Shown piece by piece: positions 1 through 10,487 of a stretch of 64,000 nt of DNA (within the stretch, counting starts at the first letter, position 1; the number at the start of each line of letters is the position of its first letter). The position numbers were made by a program, and so were the translations under genes. The notes beneath the pieces were generated by a model. The model was not told where the DNA came from. It did no database searches and worked only from the letters and a program-made list of their open reading frames with translations. The DNA comes from Trueperaceae bacterium (GTDB taxonomy: Bacteria > Deinococcota > Deinococci > Deinococcales > Trueperaceae), in NCBI GenBank assembly GCA_965215565.1, contig CBDCDZ010000004.1, forward strand, positions 4,192,001-4,256,000, given 5' to 3'.

Positions 1-131
1 ATACCGCATTCTTTCATGTGAACCCCGCCAGGACAAGCAGCGCCCACAGAGAAGCGCTCATAAAAAGAGAACACCCACGGGTGCATCTAAAAAACCGGGG
101 GGTGCTGATAGGCTAAAATGTAGGATGAATA

Positions 132-305
132 GCAGGTATCATCTGGTCAGAGTGAACGAAGTTATGCGAAGCAACACGCTCACTTTATAAAACGATGTTT
201 CGCTTTGCGAAAAGTGCCTAACTAGCACGCACTTCAAGGGATGAGACCCTTGCCGGAAGCAAAACTTCGTAAGCGCTCAACTGTCTCAATGTATCGCGAA
301 ACTGC
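132..305 (+). repeat. Family A dispersed repeat (MITE/REPIN-like), long form
   Basis: Starts GCAGGTATCATCTGGTCA, ends ...AACTGC; homologous to 5996-6198, 26958-27111 and 34527-34729. Confidence 0.85.
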
Positions 306-651
306 TGGAAGAAGCTAAAGTGGGAGCGGAATTGCCAACAGCGTATAGGCGTACCTCTTGAAAAGAGCGAGGAGCTAAAGGGCTTTACTGAGTTAGGCGG
401 TGAGTCAATTGGCGGAGCGAACCTTGCCACATATTATGACCTATCCTAATCTCTGGACACACCTATATCCTCACCTTGCCATCATTCATCCCATCCCATG
501 TTAAACTGTGCATGGCGAAGGACCTTTGACGTCCAACCTTCCACTTAGACCACGACATCTTGCACCTTCTCGCGCGACCGGCTTTTTTCGTGAAGCATTG
601 ACGGCGTGAATGTACAACTGAAGCTCACGGGGCAGCTTTAGGAGGCAGAGG

Positions 652-933
652 ATGGCGAAAATAGAGACCAAAACAGTGACTAAAGTCGAAATTTACGGCA
701 CGGACTGGTGCGGTTTGACCCAGAGCTTCCGCGATGACCTCACCTCAGCAGAGGTTCCCTTCGAGTACCACAACATCGAACGCGATAGCGAGGCGGAAGG
801 GCAAGTCATCGAGATGAACGGCGGTAAGCGCAAGTTTCCGATGGTGGTAGTCGGCGATACGGCTCTCAAGAACCCGGCTTTAGAGGAACTCGACGCGGCG
901 CTCAGCGAGTTGGGGCTGCTCGGCAAACACTGA
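652..933 (+). CDS. Glutaredoxin/NrdH-like small redoxin (WCGLT)
   Basis: YGTDWCGLT and NGGKRKFPMV motifs; AGGAGG RBS. Confidence 0.8.
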   Translation: MAKIETKTVTKVEIYGTDWCGLTQSFRDDLTSAEVPFEYHNIERDSEAEGQVIEMNGGKRKFPMVVVGDTALKNPALEELDAALSELGLLGKH

Positions 934-976
934 TTTGAAGCTACTAATCTAAAGATACTGGTGCGCGCTTCAAACC

Positions 977-2056
977 TCAGTCGGGGATGACCGGCGCGAG
1001 TTTTGGTGCGCCGCCCGAGAGGTCGAGTGCGACGCGGTAGAGCAGCGTGTAGCGCTCCCCTCGCATTTGCACCCCGAGGTCCAGCGTCCCGCGCGCCCAG
1101 GTGCTCGGAACCGTCACGCTGAGCGTGCGCCCGCGCACCTCCGGTTCGGTGTAGTCGCCGTTCAGCCAAGCGCCGAGCGTGTTTCTGGGCGGCGCGGCGA
1201 AGGTGAAGTCGGCGCGGTAGACGCGGCTCACCTGGAGTTGCCTCGAGACCCCTTCGATCTTCGCAAGCTCGCGCGGCGCGCTGCCCGAGGGCTGCCAGCG
1301 CCCGTCCGCGAGGAGCCAACCGTCGTCGTGTAGGATAAACCCGCCCGTTTCGCCGGGGCCACGCACGCCGACGCGTAGGTGGAGGGACGAGGCATCATCC
1401 GCCGTGAAGCTCAGCACGTGCCGTCCCGCCCCTAAAACCTCGCTGGGCAAAGGCGTCACGCCGTGAAAGAGCGCGACCTCTTTCGCTCGGGGCAGGGTCA
1501 ACGCGACTTCGACGCGGTAGCTCTCGCTGAGCCTCGAGGTCACTTGGGCGCGCTGCACCTCTACGGGTTGCGCGGCGAGCACCTGCGCGACGAAGACGCG
1601 CCCGCTGACGTCTCTCGCTGCGCCGAAGCCTACGTGGGTGAAGGAGGGCTCCAGCAGGTTTCGGCGGTGTCCGGGGCTCTCCATCCAGCCCTGTACGCTC
1701 CTCTGCGCGGTCTCTTGCGCGCCGACGAGCGCCAAATTCTCGCCTACGCTGAGCGCCGCCGAGCCCGCCCGCGCGACGCGCTTGCCGAGCGTGGCGTTGT
1801 CCGGCGTCGGTGAACTGTGCGAGAAGAAGTTGAGGTCTCTCATCTCCCGCGCGTGGTGCCGCGCCGCGAGCGCCAACGCCTCGTCTGGAAGGAGCGTACT
1901 ACGTCCCGCGCGCCTGCGCTCGCCGTTCGTGAGGTCTAAAAGATCGCGCTCTAGGCGCGCGTCCGCCGGGATGTACGTGTAACTCGCCGGAAAGACCTGA
2001 GCGTTGGCAACGTTCAAAAGGAGAAGTAGGAGGCAAAAGCGCAGGCTGAGGGTCAT
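977..2056 (-). CDS. Secreted CAP (SCP) domain protein
   Basis: Signal peptide; HAREM..NFFSH, GENLA, WMESPGHRRNLL motifs. Confidence 0.85.
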   Translation of the reverse strand: MTLSLRFCLLLLLLNVANAQVFPASYTYIPADARLERDLLDLTNGERRRAGRSTLLPDEALALAARHHAREMRDLNFFSHSSPTPDNATLGKRVARAGSAALSVGENLALVGAQETAQRSVQGWMESPGHRRNLLEPSFTHVGFGAARDVSGRVFVAQVLAAQPVEVQRAQVTSRLSESYRVEVALTLPRAKEVALFHGVTPLPSEVLGAGRHVLSFTADDASSLHLRVGVRGPGETGGFILHDDGWLLADGRWQPSGSAPRELAKIEGVSRQLQVSRVYRADFTFAAPPRNTLGAWLNGDYTEPEVRGRTLSVTVPSTWARGTLDLGVQMRGERYTLLYRVALDLSGGAPKLAPVIPD

Positions 2057-2339
2057 GATACGTCACTATAGAGAGAGGTCACGCTCGAGGGCGTGACCCG
2101 TGTCAAACCCTGTGTCCGAATGGCAGAAATGTCCGTCATCTTACACATTTCTATCGCTTCACGCGAGGAGATAAGCCTTATAAAGATTCCGGGTGAATCC
2201 ATCACAAAATGCATTCGCACCCCTGCGCTACTCACCGGAACCCGTCGCTGTTTTTGCTCGCATCCACTCGGATTGAACGCACGACTCACCATGTGTTTAA
2301 CCGGAAAGGGCAGTACTTTGTGCTCGAGCAAATAGCAAC

Positions 2340-2852
2340 CTAGCGGACGTAGAAGCTCGTGCGCGCCACGTCGCGCACCTCATAGCTGCGGATGTCGCTC
2401 TCGATGGTCTGCGTCCAGACGTCTTCGCCGCTACGCCCCCTATAGATGACGCGCTCCGTGTCGGTCTCGCGCGGGGTAAACGACGCGCGGACGCGGTTGA
2501 GACCCCTCGGTCCGCCCACCTGATAACTTACGCGGCTGTCCAGGCTCGGGATGAGGTTTGTCCTGCCGCCGCGGACGAAGATGTTGCGCCCGAACACGTC
2601 GATGGAGCCGTCGGGGTTGAGCGAGGTCAGCGTGAGGTAGCCGTCGCGCGTGGTGCGCACGCGGAAGCTGATGTCGTCGCCGATATCGTAGCTCGCGCCG
2701 CCGCCCCTGTCGGGCTCGAACTCGGTGATAATGTCGTTGTACTCTTGACCGCCTAAGCCAGGGCTGACCGAGGTGCCGTCTGGGGTGACGTAAATCGTGC
2801 ACGCCGATAAGAGCGCGCTCAGGGCGATGAAAGCTAAGATGGAGCGAATCAT
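2340..2852 (-). CDS. DUF4384-like lipoprotein
   Basis: GAGGAG RBS before ATG at 2852; lipobox LSAC; YDIGDDISFRVRTTRDGYLTL pattern. Confidence 0.7.
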   Translation of the reverse strand: MIRSILAFIALSALLSACTIYVTPDGTSVSPGLGGQEYNDIITEFEPDRGGGASYDIGDDISFRVRTTRDGYLTLTSLNPDGSIDVFGRNIFVRGGRTNLIPSLDSRVSYQVGGPRGLNRVRASFTPRETDTERVIYRGRSGEDVWTQTIESDIRSYEVRDVARTSFYVR

Positions 2853-3019
2853 GGGTGGTCTCCTCAGTGCAACGGGTGTGGTCAACGTAGCTAGGGTTCT
2901 AGGTTGCGTTGACACCTCGAGTTCACCCTCACAGGGCTCGAGGCTGACTCAATAACGACGTCGATCTTTCAGCGCTAAAGAAGCGAGCGCGGCTTAATAA
3001 GGAGTGTAGCAAGCTTCTA

Positions 3020-3538
3020 TTAAGCCGCGCCTAAGCGTTTCATGAAGAGGTTTTTAACGACTTCGCCTCTCGAGGGGTTCGGTGATGTTTGCTGAAGCAA
3101 CCTTGGCTCAGCTACGCCGTGCACCTCGTTCTGTAGAGATTCTGTAGAGCGTAAGCGTGACCTACTGCCCTCCTGGTGCTGTTTCTCCTGACTAGGTGCC
3201 GCGTCTCTCTGATTACCGGTCACGAGGTAGGGCAAGTCGCTCTGGTGATACTCCCCGGTCTCGTCAAACCAGAAGATGTAGGAGCCCGCTGCGGTCTCGT
3301 TGCCGTTGGAGAGTGTACCCGAGGCGCGGTTCACCTTGCCGTCCACCGCGCCGCTATAGATGGGCGTGCCGTCCAGGGCGTAAAGCGTAATGTACATGCG
3401 CCCACCTGTAAAGTCCTGGATGTCGCGGCGGATGCGGTTCTGGGTCTCGTTGCGGCAGCTTGCAAGCGCGGTGACGAGGAGCAGGAGTGTGAGGGCGAGG
3501 ATGAATTTCTTGGTGACCGTTTTGCGAAGGGTTTGCAC
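3020..3538 (-). CDS. Hypothetical lipoprotein
   Basis: AGGAGG RBS; lipobox LASC. Confidence 0.65.
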   Translation of the reverse strand: MQTLRKTVTKKFILALTLLLLVTALASCRNETQNRIRRDIQDFTGGRMYITLYALDGTPIYSGAVDGKVNRASGTLSNGNETAAGSYIFWFDETGEYHQSDLPYLVTGNQRDAAPSQEKQHQEGSRSRLRSTESLQNEVHGVAEPRLLQQTSPNPSRGEVVKNLFMKRLGAA

Positions 3539-3672
3539 GGTTGAGCCTCCTGAAAGTTTGATGTTCCAAGTATATCGCGTATAGAGCTTTGTGCCGCGTA
3601 TCGGTTATGTTCTTGCGAGGACGCAGAAGGAAATCATTGTGAGGTTGGGTGCCAGTATGTAGAAAGGTTGAG

Positions 3673-3782
3673 GGTTCTAAGTCGAATGCCGCCGCGCGCT
3701 CTTTCTGCCGTCTCCGCATGATGAACAAGGGGTTGAAACCCCTTGCTGTAGCGCCTGTATCATTCCAGATAGAACCACTACC
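3673..3782 (+). repeat. Family B repeat with CAAGGGGTTGAAACCCCTTG palindrome
   Basis: GGTTCTAAGTCGAA...palindrome...TCATTCCAGATAGAACCACTACC; homologs at 34450, 37305 (reverse) and partial at ~41920. Confidence 0.8.
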
Positions 3783-3908
3783 AAAAGGCTTTTCACACTG
3801 AGATCAGTTGAGCTAGCGTAAGCTCTCACACAACAAGTGGTTCTGACCCACGATGTGTGACTGCTGAACATTTGCTCGCTGCTACTCTCAATGGTTTCTC
3901 CCGCTCAC

Positions 3909-3950
3909 CTCGAGCCAAATTGACACAATAACACTCAAATAATGTATATT
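3909..3950 (+). promoter_or_regulatory. dnaJ-hspR promoter with HAIR-like operator(s)
   Basis: ATTGACA-N7-ACTCAAA and CTCGAGC-N7-ACACAAT resemble HAIR (CTTGAGT-N7-ACTCAAG) and overlap TTGACA; TATATT lies 7 nt before the GTG. Confidence 0.65.
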
Positions 3951-3957
3951 AAACAGA

Positions 3958-4896
3958 GTGACTAAAACGCTTCGCAACCCCTATGAGGTCTTAAGACTTA
4001 CGAGCAGCGCTGACTCCGCCGAGATCAAGGCGGCGTACCGCCGCTTGGCCCTGCAGTACCACCCTGACCGCAACCCCGGTGACAAGGGGGCGGAGGAACG
4101 CTTCAAGGAGATCAGCGAGGCGTACGCGACGCTCCGTGACCCCGAGGCTAGGGCGCGTTACGACCGCTTCGGCAGCACGCGCCCGCAGGCGAGCCGCCCC
4201 GACTTTAACACGGTGGACTGGCAGACCATCTTCCAAGAGGCGGACATCGACATCGACTGGAGCCAGCGCAACGCGGTGCCGCGTACGGGCAACGCTGTTT
4301 TCGACGCGCTCTTCGGTGCGATGACCGGGATGATGCGCACCTCGGGGATGCTGCCCGGCGAAAACCGCGAGGTGGGCATAGAGGTGCAACTCGCCGAGTT
4401 GCGAGGGGGCAGCGTGCGGCGCGTGCGCATTCCGGGACCGAGCATCTGCGCGACGTGTTACGGCAAAGGGGTCCTAAACAGTGGGCGCATGTGCGAAGTG
4501 TGCGGTGGGCGCGGCTTCGTGCGTAGCGGCGCAGAAGTCGAGGTCAAGGTGCCCAAGGGCGCGAAAGATGGTCTCAAGCTGCGCCTCAAAGAACTCGGCG
4601 GGCCGGGGCGTCCGCCCGGCGACGCTTACGTGACGCTCCGCGCGGCGCTGCCGCCGGGGGCGCGGCTCGAGGACAACGGCACCCTTCACGCCGACCTCGC
4701 CGTGACCCCCTTCGAGGCGGAGCGCGGCGTGACTACGGCGTTTTTGGGCGTGAACGTGGACGTCCCCAAAGGTGCAACCGAGGGCGAGGTTATCCGCGTG
4801 CCCGGCGGCGGTTTGGCGGGGCGCGACTTGCTCGTCACACTCCGCGTCGGCGTGTGGTCGGGGCTGTGGCGGCGCGTGCGCGGCGCGCTGAGCTAG
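3958..4896 (+). CDS. dnaJ: DnaJ-class chaperone (J domain, two CxxCxGxG repeats, C-terminal domain)
   Basis: HPD motif; CATCYGKG and CEVCGGRG. Confidence 0.85.
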   Translation: MTKTLRNPYEVLRLTSSADSAEIKAAYRRLALQYHPDRNPGDKGAEERFKEISEAYATLRDPEARARYDRFGSTRPQASRPDFNTVDWQTIFQEADIDIDWSQRNAVPRTGNAVFDALFGAMTGMMRTSGMLPGENREVGIEVQLAELRGGSVRRVRIPGPSICATCYGKGVLNSGRMCEVCGGRGFVRSGAEVEVKVPKGAKDGLKLRLKELGGPGRPPGDAYVTLRAALPPGARLEDNGTLHADLAVTPFEAERGVTTAFLGVNVDVPKGATEGEVIRVPGGGLAGRDLLVTLRVGVWSGLWRRVRGALS

Positions 4897-4939
4897 GGGC
4901 AGTTTAGGTGCTGAGCGAGAGGCACTTGGAGAGGACGAT

Positions 4940-5365
4940 ATGAGTGACGACGTGAACAAAGGTGAAAGCGCAGACGACGCGGAAGCCAAGGCTGGCGTCA
5001 ATCAGGATAGACCCCTTTACGTCATCAGTGTAGCCGCAGAACTCGTCGATATGCACCCGCAGACGCTGCGGCTTTACGAACGCAAAGGCTTGATCGAGCC
5101 GAGCCGCTCGTCGGGCAAAACGCGCCTCTACTCGCAGCGCGACATCACCCACCTGCGCGAAATCCGGCGGCTCACCCAAGAGTTGGGCGTCAACTTAGCG
5201 GGCGTCGAAGAGATCATCCGTTTGCGCCGCGAACTCGATACGCTTCAGGGGCGCATGGAAGGGCGCATCGGCGAGTTATCCTCGGAGCTGAGCGAGAAGA
5301 TGCAGACCTACCGCGCGAAGGGGGCACTAGGTCCGCCTGAGGATGAGCCGGAAGAGGGTAAGTGA
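4940..5365 (+). CDS. hspR: Heat-shock repressor HspR (MerR family)
   Basis: [25 protein letters not shown]...GVNLAG signature; follows dnaJ. Confidence 0.9.
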   Translation: MSDDVNKGESADDAEAKAGVNQDRPLYVISVAAELVDMHPQTLRLYERKGLIEPSRSSGKTRLYSQRDITHLREIRRLTQELGVNLAGVEEIIRLRRELDTLQGRMEGRIGELSSELSEKMQTYRAKGALGPPEDEPEEGK

Positions 5366-5501
5366 CCCACCAACCTTGCGATAAAGTCCCCTTTGCCAAC
5401 TCGGTGAGCGGAGTTTTTACTATTTGCAAGCATTTCAGTACGGCACGGCGCGTAAACGAACGTTGATCTGTTTTAGAGATGTACTCAAAATGCTATTCGC
5501 T

Positions 5502-5780
5502 CTAAGATACTGCTAAGAGTTGGTTACGGCTTAAAAAAGCGTCGAGCTTGGCGCGGCTAAAGCCCGACATGCTCGCGGCGTCGCCCTTATAGACGAGCGT
5601 CGGCACGCTTCTGCGTCCGCCGTTGACGCTCATGACGTAGTCGGCTGCGCCTTCGACGTGCTCGATGTTGATCTCTTCGAAGGGGACTTGGAGCTTCTGC
5701 AAAAAGGTCTTCGTCACGTGGCAGTCGCCGCACCAAGAGGTGGTGTACATCTGAACTTTATCGGTCTGAGGGGTATTCAT
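5502..5780 (-). CDS. Glutaredoxin-like (mycoredoxin/NrdH-like) protein
   Basis: MYTTSWCGDC...VNGGRRSVPT. Confidence 0.85.
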   Translation of the reverse strand: MNTPQTDKVQMYTTSWCGDCHVTKTFLQKLQVPFEEINIEHVEGAADYVMSVNGGRRSVPTLVYKGDAASMSGFSRAKLDAFLSRNQLLAVS

Positions 5781-5995
5781 CGGGGTCTCCTAAGGCTTTA
5801 CAGTTATATCTAACAGTATGCTGCAAGCGCGCCGCGCCGCCGCACTAATTTTTCTCTCGAGTTAAGTCGTTGGTTTGTCGTCCACCTGGATAAGAACTGG
5901 AGCGGACCGTCCTAGTACAAATTATCATGCGCTCATTCGCCGCTTGTGTCGTGGACGTCATAGCTTCTTTGGGGGAAGGCGCTACGAAACAGATA

Positions 5996-6198
5996 ACAGG
6001 TATCATCTGGTCAGAGTGTACGAAGTTTTGCGAAGCAACACTCGCACTTTGTAAAACGATGTTTCACTGCGTGAAAACTACGTAACTAGCACGCACTTCA
6101 AGGGATGAAATCCCGCAACGGCAGGGCGGCCTGCCCGTAACGCTAGTCCTTGCGGACAGAGATCTGCGCTCAACTGTCTCAATATGTTGTGGAACTGC
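5996..6198 (+). repeat. Family A repeat, 203-bp long form
   Basis: 5 differences from the reverse complement of 34527-34729 by manual alignment. Confidence 0.9.
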
Positions 6199-6376
6199 TA
6201 AGAATAAAAGACCTTTCTATTCCACCTTCTTATAGTCTCGATTCTTTCCACCTGCGGCGCTCTATACCCTGCATCACTCGCAGTCTCACAGGCAATCAAT
6301 GTGTGTGCTGACGCCACATAATGTAAGCTGTGTTTCGATAGCGTGAGAACGCATACTTTACTAAGGAGGTTTTACT

Positions 6377-7756
6377 GTGATTCACGCCGTAACACGTATG
6401 ACCGTCACCTGCTTCTTTCTGCTCGCGCCTTTTGCCGCCGCGCAAACGATTGTCGAGGTGGCGCAGGACAACTCGGACTTGAGCACGCTCGTCGAGGCGT
6501 TAGAGGCGGCTGACCTCACCCAGACGCTTTCGGGTGAAGGACCCTTCACCGTCTTCGCGCCGGTCAACTTAGCCTTTGAGAAGCTGCCGCAAGGACAGCT
6601 CAATGCGCTTTTAGAAGACGGTGACGCGCTCCGCCAGATTCTCACTTATCACGTCGTGCCGGGACAGTTCGCCACTTCCGACATCTCAGCGGACATGACC
6701 GAGTTCGACACGGTGCAGGGCAGCGCGCTACCCATCACGCAAATTGGCGTAGGACAAGCGGCGGTCACGGCGGTCAACATCGAGGCGTCAAACGGCGTGA
6801 TTTACCTTATCGACTCCGTGCTGACGCCCCCGGATTTCGAGATGTCCGAAACGGGCGGGGCGAGTACGGGCGGCAGTATGGGCGACAGCATGACAGGCGG
6901 CGGTGGCGGCGCGTACACGAGTAACGCCACACGTACTGTTCGCTACGCTATCGACGCGCAAGGGGACAGCGGCGTGAGCGGTTCCGTTTTGATCGCTGAA
7001 TACAATCCTCAGTCCGGGACGCGCTCGAGCGGGCAGACCGTGATCACGCTGTCGCTCTCCGGCACGCCCGAGGATGGAACGCACCCCGCCGAACTGCGCA
7101 TGGGCGACTGCGGCGAGGAGGGGGAGGTTGTGCTCCCCCTCGAGAACGTCGACGGCAGCACCGGCTTGAGCACGTCGGTGACAGACACCTCATTTGGCGC
7201 AATCACAGGCGCGGACCACGCGCTTAACGTCTACTTCTCGCCCGACGACACCGAGAGCGCGGTGGCGTGCGGCGAAATCGGCAGCGGGGCGGACGAGCTG
7301 TCGCCCATGAGCGATGATGACATGTCTAGCAGTATGACGGGTGGCGACGTGACCAGTAGCGACGTGACTGGTGGTGCAAGCAGTGAAGAGCAGGGTCTTT
7401 TAGAAACAGTCTTTTATGAGATTTATCCGAACGAAGGGTATGACGTAGAGGGCACCGTGCAGGTCGTTGAGAACGCCGAGACGGGCGGCGCACGGGTTGT
7501 TATTTCCTTGCAAAACACCACCGAGGGGGAGGTGCACCCCGCACACTTCCACGCGGGAAGCTGCGGTGACGGCGGCGACATCATCGTGCCGTTAGAGAGC
7601 GTCGACGGGGAGAGCGGCTCGAGCGTCACCGACACGGACACCTCATTCGAGGAGATCACCTCTTCGAACTTTTACATCAACATCCACCTTTCGCCCGAGG
7701 AGCTAAGCACCATCGTGGCGTGTGGTGAGGTGGGGCAGGGCGCGGGAGACCAGTAA
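6377..7756 (+). CDS. Secreted fasciclin + two CHRD/Cu-Zn-SOD-like domains
   Basis: GPFTVFAP, ILTYHVV, NGVIYLIDSVL; HPAHFHAGSC...YINIH...VACG. Confidence 0.8.
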   Translation: MIHAVTRMTVTCFFLLAPFAAAQTIVEVAQDNSDLSTLVEALEAADLTQTLSGEGPFTVFAPVNLAFEKLPQGQLNALLEDGDALRQILTYHVVPGQFATSDISADMTEFDTVQGSALPITQIGVGQAAVTAVNIEASNGVIYLIDSVLTPPDFEMSETGGASTGGSMGDSMTGGGGGAYTSNATRTVRYAIDAQGDSGVSGSVLIAEYNPQSGTRSSGQTVITLSLSGTPEDGTHPAELRMGDCGEEGEVVLPLENVDGSTGLSTSVTDTSFGAITGADHALNVYFSPDDTESAVACGEIGSGADELSPMSDDDMSSSMTGGDVTSSDVTGGASSEEQGLLETVFYEIYPNEGYDVEGTVQVVENAETGGARVVISLQNTTEGEVHPAHFHAGSCGDGGDIIVPLESVDGESGSSVTDTDTSFEEITSSNFYINIHLSPEELSTIVACGEVGQGAGDQ

Positions 7757-7875
7757 AGCGCTTCATTAAGCTCGGCGAAGCGAGTAAACACTAGGTGCGC
7801 ACACGAGACTTCTGTTATATTTGCCACAGAGATACTCAAGTCGACACCTAAGACATTATCAAACAGGAGGCAGGA

Positions 7876-8661
7876 ATGAAACGCAACCTTTTACTCAGTA
7901 TTTTTATCAGTGCGGTGCTCACCGTTACACTCGTCGTCCTTGCGCAAGATACGGGCGGTGAGATGGATATGGAGGAGACGGGCGGTATGACAGGGGGTAT
8001 GTCCGGCGACATGACGGGCGGTATGACCGGCGGCATGATGGACTCCGACATGGCGAGCGAGATGGACGCGATGTTAGAGACCCTTATGCAGGACAGTAGC
8101 GCTACAGGCGGCAGCATGGAGGACATGGACACCTCGTCTATGACCATCGCTGAAGTCGTCGCGGCAAACCCGGACTTCGGCATCTTGGCGCAGCTCGTAC
8201 AGTCGGCGGGGCTCTTAGAAACGCTCAACGGCGAAGGACCCTTCACCGTCTTCGCGCCGAGTGACAGCGCCTTTTTACCCTTCACCAACAACCAGATCGT
8301 CTCGCTCCTCGGCGACACCGACGCGCTCACGAACGTACTCACCTATCACGTTGTGGACGGCGAACTAAGCTCAGGAGACCTCACGAGCATGAGCAGCGTG
8401 ACCACGCTGCAAGGCGGCGAACTGACGATCGGCGAGGGCATGATGAGCGACATGTCCGGCGACATGACGGGCGGCATGATGGAGGGCGATATGAGCACAA
8501 CCGGCGGCGAGATGTCGGATGACGTGTCTGGCGACATGACCGGCGGTGCGATGAGTGGACCCGGCCTCATGGTAGGCAGCGCCAGCGTTGTTACGGCGGA
8601 CATTCAAACTGTCAATGGCGTGATTCACGTGATCGACTCAGTGCTGATGCCGGGTAACTAA
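7876..8661 (+). CDS. Secreted Met/Gly-rich fasciclin domain protein
   Basis: GPFTVFAPSD, LTYHVV, NGVIHVIDSVL; MTGGM/MSGDM repeats. Confidence 0.85.
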   Translation: MKRNLLLSIFISAVLTVTLVVLAQDTGGEMDMEETGGMTGGMSGDMTGGMTGGMMDSDMASEMDAMLETLMQDSSATGGSMEDMDTSSMTIAEVVAANPDFGILAQLVQSAGLLETLNGEGPFTVFAPSDSAFLPFTNNQIVSLLGDTDALTNVLTYHVVDGELSSGDLTSMSSVTTLQGGELTIGEGMMSDMSGDMTGGMMEGDMSTTGGEMSDDVSGDMTGGAMSGPGLMVGSASVVTADIQTVNGVIHVIDSVLMPGN

Positions 8662-8676
8662 GTTTACGCGCTACTC

Positions 8677-8711
8677 AAAAAGAGCGGTCTCAGCGAGACC
8701 GCTCTTTTTTT
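8677..8711. terminator. Bidirectional intrinsic terminator
   Basis: AAAAAGAGCGGTCTC-AGC-GAGACCGCTCTTTTTTT between convergent genes. Confidence 0.85.
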
Positions 8712-8752
8712 GGCTTTAGTTTTCTTGTAGAAGCTCGAGCCTCTTTCTACTT

Positions 8753-9880
8753 TTAAGCAAAGAGCGTTGACTCGGAGAGGGCAGCGTTCGGCGCAACGGA
8801 CTCTACACCGAACGCCTCTCCTACACCCTGATGCGTCAGTTGTCCCTGATGTGTATTCAAGCCCTTGAGTAGCGCGGCGTCGTTCTGTAACGCCCCAGCG
8901 CCATGCTTGGCTAGCTCGAGCGCGTACGGCAACGTCTGGTTCGAAAGCGCAATCGTGCTCGTGTTCGGCACGGCTCCGGGCATGTTCGCCACGCCGTAAT
9001 GCACCACGTTGTCCACCACAAAGGTTGGCTCGTCGTGCGTAGTCGGTTTGCTTGTTTCGATACAGCCGCCCTGGTCCACCGCGACGTCCACGATGACGCT
9101 GCCCGCTTTCATCGTGCCGACCATTGCCTTTGTAACAAGATTTGGTGCCTTCGCGCCTGGGATCAAGACCGCGCCCACCAAGAGGTCCGCTTTCGTCACC
9201 ATCTCCGCGATGTTGGCGGGCGTGCTGGTGAGCGTCTGGATGCGGCTACCGAAGACGTCGTCGAAGTACTGGAGCCTCGAATGACTGATATCCAAAATCG
9301 TAACCCGCGCCCCCAGCCCGAACGCCATCTTCGCCGCGTTCGTCCCGACGACGCCGCCACCCAAGATGACGACTTCTCCCGCTTGCACGCCAGGCACACC
9401 GCCTAAGAGCAGCCCGCGCCCGCCCAAAAATTTACTCAGGTAAAACGCCCCCACCTGCGACGCCATGCGCCCCGCCACCTCGCTCATCGGCGTGAGAAGC
9501 GGCAGCGTCTTATCCGCAAGCTGCACCGTTTCGTACGCTACTGCCGTTGTTCCCGCACTGAGCAACGCCTCGGTAAGTGGCTTGTCGGCGGCGAGGTGCA
9601 AATATGTGAAGAGCAACTGCTCGTCACGCAAAAAGCCGTACTCCCGCTCTATAGGCTCTTTGACCTTCATCACCATCGGCTGCGCCCACGCCTCCTCCGC
9701 GCTGCCCACAACCGTCGCGCCCTGTGCTCCGTACTCATCGTCAGAAAAGCCGCTACCCACGCCCGCTTGCGTCTCGACGAAGACCTCATGCCCTGCGTCT
9801 ACAAGCGCCTTGACCGCGCCCGGCGTCACCGAGACGCGGTACTCGTGCCGTTTGACCTCTTTAGGAATGCCTAGTTTCAT
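8753..9880 (-). CDS. ald: Alanine dehydrogenase
   Basis: MKLGIPKEVK, KVKEP, FTYLHLAA, PMSEVAGR, VANMPGAV. Confidence 0.97.
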   Translation of the reverse strand: MKLGIPKEVKRHEYRVSVTPGAVKALVDAGHEVFVETQAGVGSGFSDDEYGAQGATVVGSAEEAWAQPMVMKVKEPIEREYGFLRDEQLLFTYLHLAADKPLTEALLSAGTTAVAYETVQLADKTLPLLTPMSEVAGRMASQVGAFYLSKFLGGRGLLLGGVPGVQAGEVVILGGGVVGTNAAKMAFGLGARVTILDISHSRLQYFDDVFGSRIQTLTSTPANIAEMVTKADLLVGAVLIPGAKAPNLVTKAMVGTMKAGSVIVDVAVDQGGCIETSKPTTHDEPTFVVDNVVHYGVANMPGAVPNTSTIALSNQTLPYALELAKHGAGALQNDAALLKGLNTHQGQLTHQGVGEAFGVESVAPNAALSESTLFA

Positions 9881-9947
9881 GAGGTAGTGTACGACACTCT
9901 GAGGAATGAGTTAAACGGGTTATTCAAGTTTTTATACAACATTATCT

Positions 9948-10475
9948 TTAAGGGGTGGGCTCGAGCAGAAATGAACTACCCCTGTTGGGATTACCCGTAG
10001 AGAGAAGTCCTTCGAAAGAAGGCTCGCTCTCTAAATTCTGACTATCGCTCGAGCGATAGTCAGCGACGAGGCTCCAGTTTTCGCCGCCAAGCTCAAACGT
10101 TGCATACACCGAGGGTGTCGTGGGCTCTCTAGGTTCGGTAAGTGTATAGAGGTAATCGCTGCTGTACCCTTCTCCGGTTAGAGGTACGCTCGCACTACCT
10201 TCGACGCTAATGTTCCCCGAAAAGGCGTAGCGGCAACAGGTATCTTCGCTGGTATCGCTCTCAGGATAATCGGCACATTCAGCCGTGAGGTTAGTCAGCT
10301 CGAGCGTCGAATTCTTGCTTTCAGGTACGTTGAAAATAGTCCCTGACCAGTTGCCGCGCAGCACGCTCGGATGTGTAGCGAAGGGTAATTCGGCAGCGGG
10401 CACAAAGGTATCGTCTCGCTGACAAGAGGTAAGCGTAAGCAGACTAAAGAGCACAACCACAAAAGAGCATTTCAT
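9948..10475 (-). CDS. Hypothetical lipoprotein
   Basis: Lipobox LTSC; immediately downstream of truB. Confidence 0.65.
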   Translation of the reverse strand: MKCSFVVVLFSLLTLTSCQRDDTFVPAAELPFATHPSVLRGNWSGTIFNVPESKNSTLELTNLTAECADYPESDTSEDTCCRYAFSGNISVEGSASVPLTGEGYSSDYLYTLTEPREPTTPSVYATFELGGENWSLVADYRSSDSQNLESEPSFEGLLSTGNPNRGSSFLLEPTP

Positions 10476-10487
10476 AACCCAACGTTA

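Noticed and set aside
2053..2335. Short ORFs between the CAP and DUF4384 genes
   Set aside because: No RBS, motif or host-like codon pattern
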